64,000 nucleotides of DNA, taken from the NCBI RefSeq assembly GCF_009914755.1, contig NC_060947.1; one strand, 5' to 3'. Shown here piece after piece: positions 57,354-64,000 of this stretch. The number at the start of each line of letters is the position of its first letter. Positions within the stretch are counted from its first letter, which is position 1. Below the pieces are notes generated by a model. It did not search any database and was not told where the DNA came from. It saw only the letters and a program-made list of their open reading frames with translations. Source of the DNA: the human T2T-CHM13v2.0 reference genome, Homo sapiens. Position numbers and translations under genes: made by a program.

Positions 57354-57709
57354 TCCTTAAAATTTTTTAAAGCTTTAAGGTTAGGCTAAGGTTCTTTTTG
57401 ACCATAACCCAATTCAAATTTTTTTGTCTGCCTTTAGCATGCATTTGAATGATTGCATAGTATTCCTCCATTATATGGATACAATCTACTTTATTTGCAG
57501 AATTCTCTATTTTTTAACATTTGTGAAAGTTTTAATAGTGACAACACAAGTTACAAAAATCATAATTTATATTTGTAAAATATATCTATAACTATATACA
57601 AAGATGATGTAATCATACAAAGATGCACATGGTGATTTCTTCTGGTGATATTTTTGGTACTTTATCTTCATTTTCTTCTATGTGCTTTTCTTTTTCTTTC
57701 CTCTTTCTA

Positions 57710-62243
<4,534 letters not shown>

Positions 62244-62506
62244 TAAAAATTCTATTCTCTACCAAAAAGAATCAGGACTCTTTGGAAAACTGGCTGATTC
62301 CAGGGATGTGGTAGTTAAAATACAAGATGGACCTAGAGCATCTTGTGGTACCAGAAATCAAGGAGGTGCTCAAAGTAAGATGGAGACATGCCAAAGGACA
62401 CAGGAGTTTGGAGGGCTTCCTACTGGTCAAATATAGAGTATTTGAACATCAGAATAAAGAACAATATTTATTAATGTGTTATAACCAATTGAGTAAAATA
62501 GACAAC

Positions 62507-62958
62507 TGCTGTGGTTTGGATATGGTTTGTTTGTCCCCACCAAAACTCATGTTGAATTTTGATCCCCAGTGTGGCAGTGTTGGGAGTTGAGGCTTAGTGG
62601 GAGGTGTTTGTCAGTGGGAGCAGATTCCTCATGAATCGCTTCATGCTGTTTTGAAGGTAGCGAGTGAGTTCTCACTCTGGCAAGACTGGGTTAGTTCTCA
62701 CAGGAATCAATTAATTACCCCAAGAGTGGGTTGTTATAAAGCCAGGGCACCCCTTCCGATTTTGTCTCTTTGCATATGTTCACCTCCTCTTCGACCTTCT
62801 CTGCCACATTATGACACAGCACAAAAGTCCTCATCAGAAGCCAGGGCTACGCCATGGAACTTCCAGCCTGCAGAATCAGGAGCTAAGTAAACCTCCTTTC
62901 TTTATAAATTACCCAGCCTCAGGGATTCTGTTATAGCAACACAAAATGAACTAAGTCA
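62507..62958 (+). mobile_element. MST-type MaLR solo LTR
   Basis: tgctgtggtttggatatgg...aactaagtca; 5-bp TSD acaac. Confidence 0.9.
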
Positions 62959-63061
62959 ACAACCATGAGCTCATGAGGATATAAATAAATAAATGTAGAA
63001 GGGAAAGTGCTCCCTTAGACTGGAAAGTTAACTAATTAATACATGTCAAAAGAATGCATTT

Positions 63062-64000
63062 GAGGGAGCCAAGATGGCCGAATAGGAATAGCTCCAGTCT
63101 ACAGCTCCCAGCGTGAGAGATGCAGAAGACGGATGATTTCTGCATTTCCAACTGAGGTACTGGGTTCATCTCACTGGAGAGTGTCGGACAGTGGGTGCAG
63201 GACAGTGGGTGCAGTGGAACAAGCATGAGCCAAAGCAGGGCGAGGCATCGCCTCACCCGAGAAGCACAGGGAGTCAGGGAATTCCCTTTCCTAGTCAAAG
63301 AAAGGGGTGACAGCACCTGGAAAACGGGTCACTCCCACCCTAATACTGCACTTTTCCAATGGTCTTAGCAAACGGCACACCAGGAGATTATATCCTGCCC
63401 CTGGCTTGGAGGGTCCTACACCCACGGAGCCTCACTCATTGCTAGCACAGCAGTCTGAGATCAAACTGCAAGGCGGCAGCAAGGCTGGGGGAGGGGCGCC
63501 CACCATTGCTGAGGCTTGAGTAGGTAAACAAAGTGGCCAGGAAGCTCGAACTGGGTGGAGCCCACCGCAGCTCAAGGAGGCCTGCCTGCATCTGTAGACT
63601 CCACCTCTGGGGGCACGGCATAGCCAAACAAAAGGCAGCAGAATCCTCTGCAGACTTAAATGTCCCTATCTGACAGCTTTGAAGAGAGTAGTGGTTCTCC
63701 CAGCATGCAGCTGGAGATCTGAGAACGGACAGACTGCCTCCTCAAGTGGGTCCCTGACCCCCGAGTAGCCTAACTGGGAGGCACCCCCCAGTAGGGGCAG
63801 TCTGACACCTCACACAGCCGGGTACTCCTCTGAGACAAAACTTCCAGAGGAACGATCAGGCAGCAACATTTGCTGTTCACCAATATCTGCTGTTCTGCAG
63901 CCTCCGCTGCTGATACCCAGGCAAACAGGGTCTGGAGTGGACCTCCAGCAAACTCCAACAGACCTGCAGCTGAGGGTCCTGATTGTTAGAAGGAAAACTA
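63062..64000 (+). mobile_element. L1PA (about PA4) 5' UTR / internal promoter; continues beyond the window
   Basis: gagggagccaagatggccgaatagg (YY1 site); retains the segment deleted in younger L1PA2/L1HS. Confidence 0.95.

Overview
This is a human, repeat-saturated, non-coding window; an AluYb8 and an SVA point to human specifically. I cannot support any intact protein-coding exon. Nearly all ORFs in the track come from Alu, L1, MaLR, Tigger, SVA or microsatellite sequence. Content: about 38 Alus; many old L1M and a few L1PA pieces; a near-complete MSTB MaLR provirus; Tigger2, Tigger3, MER44, MER46 and MER47 DNA transposons; an ERVL pol remnant; LTR33, MER21 and LTR2B LTRs; an SVA nested in an Alu tail; and a ~4 kb (TA)n/TTTA array. 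Four cellular-RNA retrocopies are present: an RPS13 retrocopy, a ~1.24 kb retrocopy of an unidentified mRNA, and tailless 5S rRNA and U2 snRNA 5' fragments. The most interesting observation is that the RPS13 retrocopy lacks two internal segments that appear to match exons 2 and 4 precisely, which would make it a fossil of a double exon-skipped, premature-stop isoform. Other highlights are the 4 kb TA array apparently grown from an Alu target-site duplication (TSD), an SVA with a 5' inversion, and a solo poly(A) insertion. Subfamily names and RPS13 exon boundaries come from recalled consensus sequences, not from a search. Boundaries of old repeats are approximate.
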